Part shown: positions 43,871 through 64,000 of the stretch, piece after piece
How the letters are laid out: each line of letters opens with the position of its first letter
Numbering within the stretch: position 1 is the first letter of the stretch
Source of the DNA: Dictyostelium discoideum
Lineage: Eukaryota
NCBI GenBank assembly: GCA_000004695.1
Contig: CM000150.2
Coordinates: 1,440,001-1,504,000, forward strand
DNA length: 64,000 bases
Direction of reading: 5' to 3'
Position numbers and translations under genes: made by a program
The notes under the pieces: model-generated
What the model was told of the DNA's origin: nothing
The model's input: only the letters and a program-made list of their open reading frames with translations
Databases searched by the model: none

Positions 43871-44099
43871 AATTTCACATTAGTCAAAACTATTTGAACA
43901 AGTTTAATCTGAACATTTTAATGAAAAAAAAAAAAAAAAAAAACAAAAAAACAAAAAAACAAAAAAACAAAAAAAAAAAGATCTAATTTAATTTATTAAT
44001 AATTTTAAAATTTTTTATTTATTTATTTAAAAAACAAATTCACATTCCAAGTCAATTGAGTTACTTAAAAGTTTTTGAAAATTCTTTCTATGTAAAACT

Positions 44100-44700
44100 T
44101 AAACCTTTATTATTAATAGTGCATTAATGTTTTGGACTTGTAGGACTTGGTGTTGGAGTTGGTGTTGGTGTTAGTGTTGGAGTTGGTGTTGAATTAATTG
44201 GACAAGCATACATTGAACTCATTGAACATTTATATATTGGAACTAATGAATTAATTCTGATACAGTGATTGGTATTTAAAATAGCTGATGGTTCACAGTA
44301 AAAGTCTAATTTAACTGTACCATTTTTACTACCATTATATGATAAGGAAACACCATTTGAAATTTGAGTAATTTCACTTTTTTCAATATAAGTCATTGGT
44401 AAACAGTTTCATTTTTATAAAAATAAAGGCAACTTTGAACATTGGTTAAATTGTCCGTTTCTTTAAACTATTGCATTTTGGACAATATCCACAAATATTG
44501 AAAAAAAGGAAGAGCATTAATTCTCCATAAGGAATGTCGGAGATTGATCGTGTATAATAATAATCTCCTTTTTTAGTCAATGGTGATAAATCGATTAAAC
44601 CTTGAGCTGTGTTTAATTTACAAACATTATTATTACAATATCCAAATGAAAAATTTAATAAATAACTTAAAGTTAAAAAAATAATAATTTATTCATTTTT
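44100..44700 (-). pseudogene. Decayed MRH-domain paralog (frameshifted/interrupted copy)
   Basis: ORF 44124..44396 covers only the C-terminal half of the domain (EKSEITQISNGVSLSYNGSKNGTVKLDFYCEPSAILNTNHCIRINSLVPIYKCSMSSMYACPINSTPTPT...). Recognisable N-terminal pieces (MNKLLFFLTLSYLLNFSFGY..., LIDLSPLTKK, FNICGY) lie upstream in other frames with stops. Confidence 0.55.
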
Positions 44701-45130
44701 TTTATATTTATTGAATGATGAAGAAAAAAAAATTGTATAAATTGATAATTAAAATACTTAAAAATTTATTTAAAAAAAGATTAAATAAAAAATTAATTAA
44801 AATTCTGTTTTTTAAACACTTACTCCAATTGGTTTTTTCGATTGTGATAGTTTTTTTTTTTTTTTTAATTTTGACTAAAAAAGGTAAGGTATTTTTGTGA
44901 ATCATTATTAATATTAAATTATATTACATCTTTGTTTTTGTTCACTTGGGTTTTTTATTGTTTTTGTTTTTTTTTTTTTTTTTTTATTTTTAAAAAATAT
45001 AATAAACATTTATTTACTGATAAAAATTGTTCATAAACACCAAATAAAAGAAAAAAAAAAATACCAAAGTAAACAAAAAAAAAAGATGTAGTATAATTAA
45101 TAAATAATTTTAAATTATTTATTTATTTAT

Positions 45131-45859
45131 TTAAAAAACAAATTCACATTCCACGCCAATTGAATTACATAAAATTTTTTGAGAATTCTTTTTATAATTA
45201 CAAGTAATTGAACTATTTGATGTAAAACTTAAACCTTCATTATTAATAATACATTTATGTTTTAGACCTTCTGGTGTTGGTGTTGAGCTTAAGGTTGGTG
45301 TTGGTGTTGAGCTTAAGGTTGGTGTTGGTGTTGAGGTTGGTGTTGAGGTTGTAGTTGGATTAATTGGACAAGCATGCATTGAATACATTGAACATTGATA
45401 TAATGGAACATATGTATTAATTCTAATACAATCATAGATGTTTAAAGTTTTAGCGGATGGATCGCAGTATATGTCTAATTGAGTTGTACCATTTTTACCA
45501 CCATAATATGATAAAGAAACACCATTTGAAATTTGAGTAATTTCACTTTTATCAGTATAACCCATTGGTGGAGCAGTACCATCTTGTGGATAAAAAGCAC
45601 AACTTTGAGCATTGGTTAAATAGTTGTTACTTCCTAAACTATTACATCTTTGTGTATATCCACAAATATTGAAAAATAGTGAGAATGATTTTGGTGGATA
45701 ATCAATGAATGATCCTGAAAAATAACCACCATTTGGTAAAGTCAATGGTGATAAATCAATTAGACCTTGCTTGGTGTTTAATTTACACACATTATTACTA
45801 TAACCAAATGAAAAATTAAATAAATAACCTATAGTTAAAAAAATAATTATTTTATTCAT
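45131..45859 (-). CDS. Secreted MRH (mannose-6-phosphate receptor homology) domain protein with Thr/Pro-rich linker and small Cys-rich C-terminal module (intact copy, 242 aa)
   Basis: Signal peptide MNKIIIFLTIGYLFNFSFG. The MRH-like Cys framework and motifs are present: CKLNTKQGLIDLSPL, Y.FSLFFNICG, CNSLG, SCAFY, VSLSYYGG, LDIYCD, CIRIN, Y.CSMYSMHACP. A TPTPTLSSTPTPT linker and a C-terminal CIINNEGLSFTSNSSITCNYKKNSQKILCNSIGVECEFVF follow. The MRH call is from the motif pattern, not a search. Confidence 0.7.
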   Translation of the reverse strand: MNKIIIFLTIGYLFNFSFGYSNNVCKLNTKQGLIDLSPLTLPNGGYFSGSFIDYPPKSFSLFFNICGYTQRCNSLGSNNYLTNAQSCAFYPQDGTAPPMGYTDKSEITQISNGVSLSYYGGKNGTTQLDIYCDPSAKTLNIYDCIRINTYVPLYQCSMYSMHACPINPTTTSTPTSTPTPTLSSTPTPTLSSTPTPEGLKHKCIINNEGLSFTSNSSITCNYKKNSQKILCNSIGVECEFVF

Positions 45860-46654
45860 TTTTTTAATATTTATTGGGTGATGAAGAAAAAAAAAGTAAA
45901 GAAAAAAAAAAAGAAAAAAATAAAAGTTTAAAAAAAAAAAAAAAAAAAATTTCCCGAGTCACTAGGAAAAAATTAAAAAAAAAGAAAATTATTGTTTTAA
46001 TTTAATTCTTAAGAAAATTTTTTTGAAATTTTTATGGGTGGTGGATATTGGAAAAAAAGGAAAGAAGTGGATGAAAATATATTAAAAAATAAATAGAAAT
46101 AATAAAAAATAAAAAATGAAAAAAAGATTAAATAAACAATTAAAATTCATAAAAAATAAATTAAAAAAGATTAAATAATTAATTAAATAATATAATAATT
46201 AAATATTATTATTATTATTTTTCTCTTTAATTATTTTTTTGTTCACTTGTTATTATTTTCGTGTTTGGTTGTAATTATTTTTGTTTGAGGGGTGATTATC
46301 ATTTTTGTGTTTGGTTAAAATTATTGGAGGGTTATATATATATTTTTTTTTATTTTTTTTATTTTTTTATTTTTTTAAATCACTTTTCAAAAAAATTTAT
46401 TAAAATAAATAGAAATTAATAAAATAATATAAAAAAATTATTAAAAAAGATTTTTTTTTTTTTTTTTCTTTAAATTGATTGTGTTTAATTGGTATTTTTG
46501 ATTGTGAATAGTTTTTTTTTTTTTTTGTTTTAAAAATTATTAAAATAAAAAATAAAAAAAAAATAAAAAAGATAAAATAAAAAAATTAAAATCCAAAAAA
46601 AGATTAAAATAAATATTTAAAATTAAATAATATTTTATTTTAATGATTGGTTTA

Positions 46655-46800
46655 ATGATTAATTGGACATTAAGCATACATTGAACATTTATATATACTG
46701 GAACTACTGAATTAATTATAATACAGTCATAGATGTTTAAGCTTTTAGCGGATGAATCACAGTATAGTTACACCAGTATTACCATAATACGATAAGGAAA
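46655..46800 (-). pseudogene. MRH-paralog fragment (remnant)
   Basis: The reverse complement reads ...NIYDCIIINSVVPVYKCSMYA..., homologous to the C-terminal part of the MRH domain and truncated on both sides. Confidence 0.45.
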
Positions 46801-47040
46801 CATCATTTGAAAATTTTTGGGTGATAGATATTGGAAATTTTTCTGACATTTTATTTGAAATGAAACTAATTTTATAAATTAATAGAAAAAAAAAAAAATA
46901 AAAAAGATTAAAAAAAAATTAAAATCCTTTAAAAAATAAAAAAAAAAAAGACTAAATGAATAATTAATTATTTATTATTTTTATTATATTTCTCTTGGTT
47001 GTCATTATTTTGTTTTTAAACGAATGGCTGAGAATTTGGA

Positions 47041-47541
47041 TTAATTGGGGCAAGCATACATTGAATACATTGAACATTTAAATACTGGAACTACTGAATT
47101 AATTCTAATACAGTCATAGATGTTTAAACTTTTAGAGGATGGATCACAGAGTATGTCTAATTGAGTTACACCAGTATTACTACCATAATATGATAAAGAA
47201 ACACCATTTGAAATTTGAGTAATTTCACTTTTATCAGTATAACCCATTGGTGGAGCAGTACCATCTTGTGGATAAAAAGCACAACTTTGAGCATTGGTAA
47301 AAAAGTTGTTACCTCCTAAACTATTACATTTCTTTGCATATCCACAAATATTGAAAAGTAGCGAGAATGATTTTGGTGGATAATCAAAGAATGATCCTGC
47401 ATAGTAACCACCATATGGTAAGGTTAATGGTGATAAATCAATTAAACCTTGAGCTGTGTTCAATTGACAAACATGATTACTATAACCAAATGAAAAATTT
47501 AACAAATAGCTAAAAGTTAAAAAAATAATTATTTTATTCAT
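47041..47541 (-). CDS. Secreted MRH-domain protein, short paralog (166 aa, MRH domain only)
   Basis: About 85% identical by eye to the N-terminal 165 aa of the 45131..45859 gene, including the signal peptide and all MRH Cys positions. It ends ...SMYSMYACPN-stop, with no linker or C-terminal module. Confidence 0.6.
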   Translation of the reverse strand: MNKIIIFLTFSYLLNFSFGYSNHVCQLNTAQGLIDLSPLTLPYGGYYAGSFFDYPPKSFSLLFNICGYAKKCNSLGGNNFFTNAQSCAFYPQDGTAPPMGYTDKSEITQISNGVSLSYYGSNTGVTQLDILCDPSSKSLNIYDCIRINSVVPVFKCSMYSMYACPN

Positions 47542-48239
47542 TTTATAATATTTAAAAATGTATTTTTTTTATTGAATAATGAAGAAAAAGAAAAGAATAA
47601 ATAAGAAAAAAAAATAGAAAAAAAAAAAGAAAAAAGAAAAAAAAATAGAAAAAAAAAAATAAAAAAAAAAATAAAAAATATATATTTCCCGATTCCCTAG
47701 GACAAAATCAATCAAAATAGAAAGTCAAAAGGAGATTTTTTTTTTTTTTTATTTATTTTATTTTCATTTATTTTGTCCTAGGAAATTGGGTGGTTTGATA
47801 CAATGATTGGAAATTACAAATCAATTTTGTACGATTTTTTTTTTTTTGAAAAGATTTTTTTGTTTTGTTTTTCTGGTAATTTTATTTTTTTTTTTTTTTA
47901 ATTTTTTTTAATTTTTTTTAATTTTTTTTTTTAATATTTGTGAGGACTTTTGGAAATTGAAAAGTAAAAAAAGGTGTTTTGGGTTGGTAAAAAAAATAAA
48001 AAAAAAATAAAAAAAATAATGTTGCCCCAGGCAAACCCAAAACACTTTTTTTTTGACACCTAAATTTTTATTATTCACAAATTTTGGAATTTCTAATATT
48101 TTATTATTTTATTAAAAAAAATAAAAAAAAAGAGAAAAAATAAATAAAATTGAATTCAAAATTGAAAATGTTGTAGCCGAACTTGGATTAGGAGGAGTTG
48201 TGGGAACTAAAGTTTGACAGTAAACTTCAAATTGGTCAA

Positions 48240-49005
48240 TCATGAATCCAGTACTATTAAAACATTCCAATTTAATATTTTCAAAAGCATTTGAACAAGT
48301 TTTATCTGTAAATAAAAACAGTTGAATTTCAAAAGTATTTTGAAATCTGTTGGTAAAATTGAAATTCTTTCAAAATCACAAAGATTCATACAATTTCCTA
48401 CTGTTACATTATAACCACTTGTTGGGCATAGATTACCAAAAAATTTGAAACTATTATAAATAATATTTGAAGGATTTGAGGTTGGATTTGGAGAAGGGGT
48501 AAAAGTTTGAGTTTGAGTTTGAGTTGGAGTAGTAGAAGGGGTAATAGTTGGAGAAGAAGTAGGTGAGATAATTGGACAAGCATACATTGAAATCATTGAG
48601 CATCTATATAAAGGAACTACTCTATTTATTCTAATACAATCATAGATGTTCAATGATGTGGCGTGGGTCACAATAAATTTTAAATTGAGCTGTACCATTT
48701 TTACCACCATAATATGATAATGAAACACCGTTTTTAATTTCAAACAGTTCACTTTTGTCAATATAACCCATTGGTGGAGCAGTGTCATCATTTTGATAAA
48801 ATGCACAACTTTCTGCGTTGGTGTTTTTAGTATTATTACCTAAGGAATTACATCTCGTTGCATATCCACAAATATTGAAAAGTAGTGAGAATGATTTTGG
48901 TGGATAATCAAAGAATGATCCAGCATAATAACCACCATTTGGTAGAGTCAATGGTGATAAATCAATCAATCCACCAATGTTTGCAAACATTATTATCATA
49001 CCCAA
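48240..49005 (-). pseudogene. MRH-domain paralog with frameshift and lost start (pseudogene)
   Basis: Two overlapping ORFs in different frames (48640..49005 and 48240..48806) together cover the MRH domain, a linker (TSSPTITPSTTPTQTQTQTFTPSPNPTS) and a C-terminal Cys module. There is no signal-peptide start. The reading frame breaks near 48700. Confidence 0.55.
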
Positions 49006-49511
49006 AAGAATTATTTACAAAGTAAAAAAATGTAATAATAATAAATAATTTAAACATTTGATTTAATATAGCTTTTTTTTTACTAATTATTATTATTTAA
49101 AACACTTTCAAATAAAAATAAATAAATAAAAAAAAAAGATTAAATATTTTTTTATGTATTTCAAAAAAAAAAAAAAAATGGTTATAAAAAAAAAAAACCA
49201 AAACAAAAAAAGTCTTTTCTAAAGATTTTGTATCGCCATTGCTATTGGTGATTTTTTTTTTAAAAATTTTATTTTTAATTATTTTTTTTTTATTTTTTTT
49301 TTATTTTAATGGACAGGCAATCGACCAAACTGGAGTTTAATAAAAAAAAATATAAAAAGTTTGTGGTAACTTTTTGGAATTAAAGCAAATTGTGGCAGCA
49401 TAGTAAAAGTGGAAAGAAAAAAAAAAAAATTAAAGCTGGAAAAAAAAAAAAAGAAGAAAAAGATAATTTTATTTTTTATAGTTTTTTTTTTTTTTTTTTT
49501 TTACTTTAAAC

Positions 49512-51326
49512 TTATAATATATTAATATTATGATCTTTTAAATGAGTTTGAATGATTAAATCAGAATTCTCTAAAAATCTATTATTTGAATAGATTACTT
49601 TTGGTTGATAATAAACTTCACGACCAAATTGTTTCTTACAAAAGATTTCACCATGTTGATTCTTTAAAAACATTTGAGTTGTATCAGGATTTTCAAGAAA
49701 AGTATCATGAACTACAGTACAAGTGTTTATGAAATTCTCTTCATTTGTTGTTGAAACACCACCAGATACAGCCATACTAGTTAGAGAATCATATGATAAG
49801 AAATGAAATCCATTCGATGGTGAAATGGTTGTACTGTGTAATATTGTTGGTGGTGAAGGTCTATTGTCAAACGATTGCTCTAAATCTTTTGATAGTTGTA
49901 ATATACGATTATTATGATTCAATCTAATCTTATTAAATTCTAAATGAATTGTAAATTGTGTATTTGGATTTATATCTGTTAATAATGCAATAGTTAAATC
50001 TGTCCAATAAATTATTAATAATTTAACTGCAATATATTCTGTTTCATTCTTTTTATCATTATTATTATTATTATTATTATCATTATCATTGTTATTATTA
50101 TTGTTATAATTATTATAATTATTATAACTATTATTTGATTGATGATGATGATGATGATGATGTTGTTGTACATTATTTATATTAAAAACATTATTTTGAT
50201 TTTGATTTATATCAGTATTAATATGTTTATTTTTTAAATTTGTATATTCCTGTGGTGATATATAAACAGTTTGATGATAATCTTCAGGAATGTAAAGTGG
50301 TGGTGCATTACCATTTGAATTATTTGAATTGTTTAAATTTGAACCACCAGAATTTAAACCACCAATATTTGAAGAACTATCTTTACCTAAACCAGAGGAT
50401 GAACTTGACATGTTCAATGGTGATTGTAATGGTGATTGTGGTTGTGATGATTGTTGTTGTAATATTAATGGATTAGTTGCATTCTTTCTACTATATTCAA
50501 TTTTATCCAATATGAATTTAGTTGTAGTTTTCAATTCGAAATTACTATATAATACTGTATTTCTAAAGAATATTGCACCTCCTAAATGATCATTTTGTGA
50601 TATACTATCAATTAAATGTGATGCTTGTATAAAAAATCTTTGTGATCTCTAATAATAATAATAGTATTAGTATTATACACCATATGTATATTATACATAA
50701 TAATAATAATATTTACATTTGGTAATGGTGTATATGGTAATGGATTAAAAGGATTCATTATATTTTTATATATATTGTTTGTTACAATTTGCATTAATTC
50801 ATTTAATTCGAATTCGAGTTTCTTTTTTTCTTTCTTTTAAAATTTTGATATTAAAAAAAAAAAAAAAAAAGTATTACGATTAGTATATACGTATATGTTT
50901 TTAAAATTATAAATTATATATACTTACAGAAATTGTACCTAAAGTTTTATAAAAAAAAGTTAAAGCTTTATAAATATGATTTAAATGATTTGAAACTGTT
51001 GATGGTGCAATATCGATATCAGTGCATAATACCATTGTATAACGATCAACTAATTTTAATGATAGGACATGTCTTTCTAATGTGATATAATCGATTGGTG
51101 ATGAAGTGAAGAAATCACCACTAATACCTGACATTGAATGAATACCACCACCAAAATTAACTTTCATCATATTATTAACATGAGGAATATCTGGATAAAA
51201 GTAAATTAATTTCTCATTTTGATCTGCACTCTCATCATTTTCAAATTCTTCATAAATGCAAAATAATATTTCATCACTCTTTAAAAAATGTAATGGTGTT
51301 AATGGTGTTTCGCTGTAATGTGCCAT
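49512..51326 (-). CDS. CCZ1-like (CHiPS/longin-domain) protein, putative Mon1-Ccz1 GEF subunit, with poly-N/poly-H insertion; 2 exons: 51326-50928, 50648-49512
   Basis: The N-terminus ...DQNEKLIYFYPDIPHVNNMMKVNFGGGIHSMSGI parallels CCZ1 (EENKILFYHPNEVEKNEKIRNVGLCEAIVQF). Donor TCT|GTAAGT at 50927 and acceptor TTATTAG before 50648 are in phase 0 (279-nt intron). The C-terminus FLKNQHGEIFCKKQFGREVYYQ parallels CCZ1 DYWVVGKKSDRRELYVIL. The family assignment is from recalled alignment and is moderate. Confidence 0.55.
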
Positions 51327-51380
51327 TTTTTTTTTTTAAGATATATAATATCTTTTTTTTTTTTTTTTTTTTGTTGGTGG

Positions 51381-51435
<55 letters not shown>

Positions 51436-51471
51436 CAGAAAAAAAAAAAAAAAAAAAAAAAAAAATAGAAA

Positions 51472-51797
51472 TGAAAAATGAAATTTCTCTACATTTTTTA
51501 AATTTATTTATTTTATTTTTATTTTTAAATTTTATTTTTATTTTTATTTTATTCACTAGGATATATGATGAGATATTGGATATACTTTTTCAATTATCAT
51601 TAGATAATTTTGAAGAGGTTTTTAAAAATAGATTTAATGAAGAAACAAGCTGTGTAGATTATGAATCTCCAGATGTTGGTCTGGCAACAATTACAATGGT
51701 AGTTGATGAATCGGAGCAGCAAATTACGATTCCATTAGATGAAGATGTCAAAAACATTTTATACAGTGAGAAAAAGGGTAAATCTACTCTTAAATGA
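51472..51797 (+). CDS. Small hypothetical ORF (108 aa), weak
   Basis: ATG after a long poly-A tract, with a hydrophobic low-complexity N-terminus. Coding-like composition appears only in the C-terminal 75 aa (IYDEILDILFQLSLDNFEEVFKNRFNEETSCVDYESPDVGLATITMVVDESEQQ...). It could instead be a 5' UTR or exon of something else. Confidence 0.25.
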
Positions 51798-52030
51798 AAA
51801 AAACAATGGCAACAAAAAAAAACAATTTTTTTGATTTTTTTAGATTTTTTTTTTTGGTGAAAGTATACTTCTCTTTTTTTTCCATTTTTTTTTGATGAGA
51901 GTATACTTCTCTTTTTTTCATTTTTTTTTTTTTTTGTAATTAATTTTTCTAAATGCAAATAGCTTTTTTTTTTTTAAAACAAATTTCTTATTTTTTTTTT
52001 TTTTAATAAATTTTTAAAAAAAAAAAAAAA

Positions 52031-53941
52031 ATGGAAAAATATTTATTTGATTGGATTAAAAATTCAGAGAGTGATAATAAATCTAATAAATTATTGGATT
52101 CAATTTTAATTTTATCACTCAATGGTTTATTAATATCATGTGAACCACTTATAGAACTCCATAATAAATTTATAAATAATAATAATAAAAATAATAATAA
52201 TATTGAAAATTCATTTTATGGATTAAATTCAAAACAATTAATATTACTAGGTGATCAATTAAAATTATTAAAAAAAAAAAATAGTAATGAAAAAATTATT
52301 GAAAAAATAAAAAATAATTGTGGTTATAATGCAAATAAATTTAATATTATAATTGAAAATAATTTAATATATAATTTAAATAATAATAATAATTTAAATG
52401 ATAAAATTAATAATTGTAATAATAATAATAATAAAAATAATAATAATAATAATGAAATTGATTTATTTTTTAAAATTTGGAGAAATAAAATAATTAAAAA
52501 AGAAATATTATTTCAAAATAGATTATTTAATATTCATTCTTGTCAAATTAAAATGACAATAAATCAACTTTTAAATTATAAATATAAAGAATATTTAAAA
52601 TCAATTTTAATTACAACTAATACTACAACCAATATGAATAATGATGATGGTGATGGTGATGAAATATTGGAACAAAAAGATGAAATTATATCAAGAGGAA
52701 TGATACCAAATAATATTGAAACACTTGAATTTGATTATAATTTAAATCCAATAATACAAGAGAATAGTTTACCAAATTCAATTGAAACATTAATATTTAA
52801 TAAGGGTTTTAATAGGGAATTAATGAATTTACCAAATCAATTAAAAACACTTGAAATTGGTCAATCATTTACTCATACCATTAAACCCGGTCAATTACCA
52901 CCAACTTTGACAAATTTAAATATTTCAAAAACTTTCAATGGAATAATTATACCAGATGGAGCAATACCAAAATCAGTTACAAGTGGTAATGTTTTTCACA
53001 AATTTGATTCATTTGGTAATAAATATAGAATCAATACAGATATTAGAGTACCTAAGAATTGTACATCCTTAAAGTTTGATAGATTCTTTAATCAGTTTTT
53101 AAAAGTTGGTGATATTCCATCCAATGTTCAATCAATAAAATTTGGTTATCACTTTAATAATTGTTTAAAAGAGAATGTTTTACCAACATCATTACGTACT
53201 TTAAAATTTGGATCATGTTATAATGTTGCATTTGATGAATATAATAAAACATTACCCGAGGGTTTAGTTAATCTCGAATTCTCATCTTACTGGAACCAAG
53301 ATTTAAAAGATTGTCAAATTCCATCAACACTTGAATCAATTTCATTTGGTTCAACATTTGATAGAGAAATTCAAGGTTTAAGTAAAAGTAATTTAAAATC
53401 TTTAAAATTTCATCAACTTGGATTTTTTGATAAACCAATTTCAATCGATCAATTACCATTTAAATCATTAACTTCTTTAAGTTTGGGTGGGTCTTTTAAT
53501 CACCCAATTAAGGGTTGGTTAAATAAATTAGTAAATTTAATTCATTTAGATTTAGGTACTGCTTTTGCTCAACCAATTGAAAATAATGATTTACCAATGT
53601 CCGTAACATCATTACGTTGTTTATTCCAACGTCAAAAAATTTTAAATAATTCAATTTTACCTCCTTTAAAAAAAATGATATTCCCTTTTGGAAATAATGG
53701 AAATAATAATAATAACTATAATTATTTAGATTTATCAAAATTACAATTACAATCACAATCAATACCATTATTACCGAATACCTTAGAGATTTTAGATATT
53801 GCTAATTGTAGAGTATCTTTCTCATATGAAAATTTACCACCAACTTTAAAAATAATTTATTATTCAAATTCTGATATTGATTATTTAAATTCAATTGATG
53901 ATAATTTATTTACAACTTATTTTAAATTATATAATAATTAA
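52031..53941 (+). CDS. FNIP-repeat-containing protein (Dictyostelium-expanded family), 636 aa
   Basis: A single ORF. The C-terminal two-thirds consist of about 22-residue FNIP repeats (LP.SIETLEF...FN..I....LPNSIETLIFNKGFN; LP.SL..LKFG..YN; LP.SL.SISFGSTFD etc.). The N-terminus is poly-N/K-rich. Confidence 0.85.
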   Translation: MEKYLFDWIKNSESDNKSNKLLDSILILSLNGLLISCEPLIELHNKFINNNNKNNNNIENSFYGLNSKQLILLGDQLKLLKKKNSNEKIIEKIKNNCGYNANKFNIIIENNLIYNLNNNNNLNDKINNCNNNNNKNNNNNNEIDLFFKIWRNKIIKKEILFQNRLFNIHSCQIKMTINQLLNYKYKEYLKSILITTNTTTNMNNDDGDGDEILEQKDEIISRGMIPNNIETLEFDYNLNPIIQENSLPNSIETLIFNKGFNRELMNLPNQLKTLEIGQSFTHTIKPGQLPPTLTNLNISKTFNGIIIPDGAIPKSVTSGNVFHKFDSFGNKYRINTDIRVPKNCTSLKFDRFFNQFLKVGDIPSNVQSIKFGYHFNNCLKENVLPTSLRTLKFGSCYNVAFDEYNKTLPEGLVNLEFSSYWNQDLKDCQIPSTLESISFGSTFDREIQGLSKSNLKSLKFHQLGFFDKPISIDQLPFKSLTSLSLGGSFNHPIKGWLNKLVNLIHLDLGTAFAQPIENNDLPMSVTSLRCLFQRQKILNNSILPPLKKMIFPFGNNGNNNNNYNYLDLSKLQLQSQSIPLLPNTLEILDIANCRVSFSYENLPPTLKIIYYSNSDIDYLNSIDDNLFTTYFKLYNN

Positions 53942-53943
53942 AA

Positions 53944-53982
<39 letters not shown>

Positions 53983-54430
53983 GTGTTGAAAAAAAAAAAA
54001 AATATCTTTATTTTCGATTTCATACCTTCACAAAAAAAAAAAAAAAAAAAAAAAAAAAACTATTTTTAAATATTTTCAAAAAAAATAAAAAAAAAAATAA
54101 AAAAAATAAAAAAATTATTAAAATTATAAATAATTTTTTTTATTGTAAAACCACACTTTTCTTATTATTATTATTATTTTTAATTAATTTATTTTTTAAT
54201 TTATTTTTTTCATCTTAATTTTATTTACAATAATAAATTAAAAGCTAACTTTATTATTAAATTTTATTTTTAATTAATTTTTTTTTTTTATTTTTTTTAT
54301 TTTTTTATTTTTTTTATTTTTTTTTTTTTCTATAATTTTTTTTTAAATTTTTTTTTTATTTTATTATAATATAATAAATAATAATAAAATAAAAAAATAA
54401 TAGAAATAATAATAATAAATAAATAAAGCA

Positions 54431-64000
<9,570 letters not shown>

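Noticed and set aside
50612-50794. ORF 50612..50794 (-) and the poly-N/H ORFs 50240..50589 (+)
   Set aside because: The first lies inside the CCZ1-like intron. The others are off-frame readings of the N/H-rich exon 2.

Overview
AT-rich (about 22-25% GC) eukaryotic nuclear DNA with the hallmarks of Dictyostelium discoideum. Coding regions are GC-richer islands separated by long poly(A)/poly(T) intergenic tracts. Genes carry short AT-rich introns (GTAAGT...AG) and in-frame (AAT)n/(CAA)n runs giving poly-Asn/poly-Gln.

I read about 27 protein-coding genes, most spliced. They are: a GH18 class III chitinase-like gene; a LolD/MacB-like ABC ATPase; a small SWIM zinc-finger (ZSWIM7/Sws1-like) protein; a secreted Cys-rich protein; an F-box-like protein; NOP58; a bacterial-type asparaginyl-tRNA synthetase; a very large low-complexity Nst1-like gene; GABA transaminase; a Kelch-repeat protein; a KIAA1143-like protein; a full bacterial-architecture DNA polymerase I (5'-3' exo + 3'-5' exo + pol) split by one intron; a gamma-SNAP-like TPR protein; a PsuG-PsuK (pseudouridine-5'-phosphate glycosidase + kinase) fusion; a tandem array of secreted MRH-domain paralogs with several decayed copies; a CCZ1-like protein; a FNIP-repeat protein; and the 5' end of a VPS13-family giant gene that runs off the window.

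Non-coding features: a head-to-head pair of U2 snRNA genes, each with an upstream ACCCATAAA (DUSE) element, and one Class I ncRNA candidate carrying the CCTTACAGCAA motif. There is no CRISPR array, no tRNA and no recognisable transposon.

No prokaryote-style defence system or operon is present. The accessory-like content here is a decaying MRH-domain paralog array, ncRNA genes, and several bacterial-type enzymes embedded as intron-containing nuclear genes.
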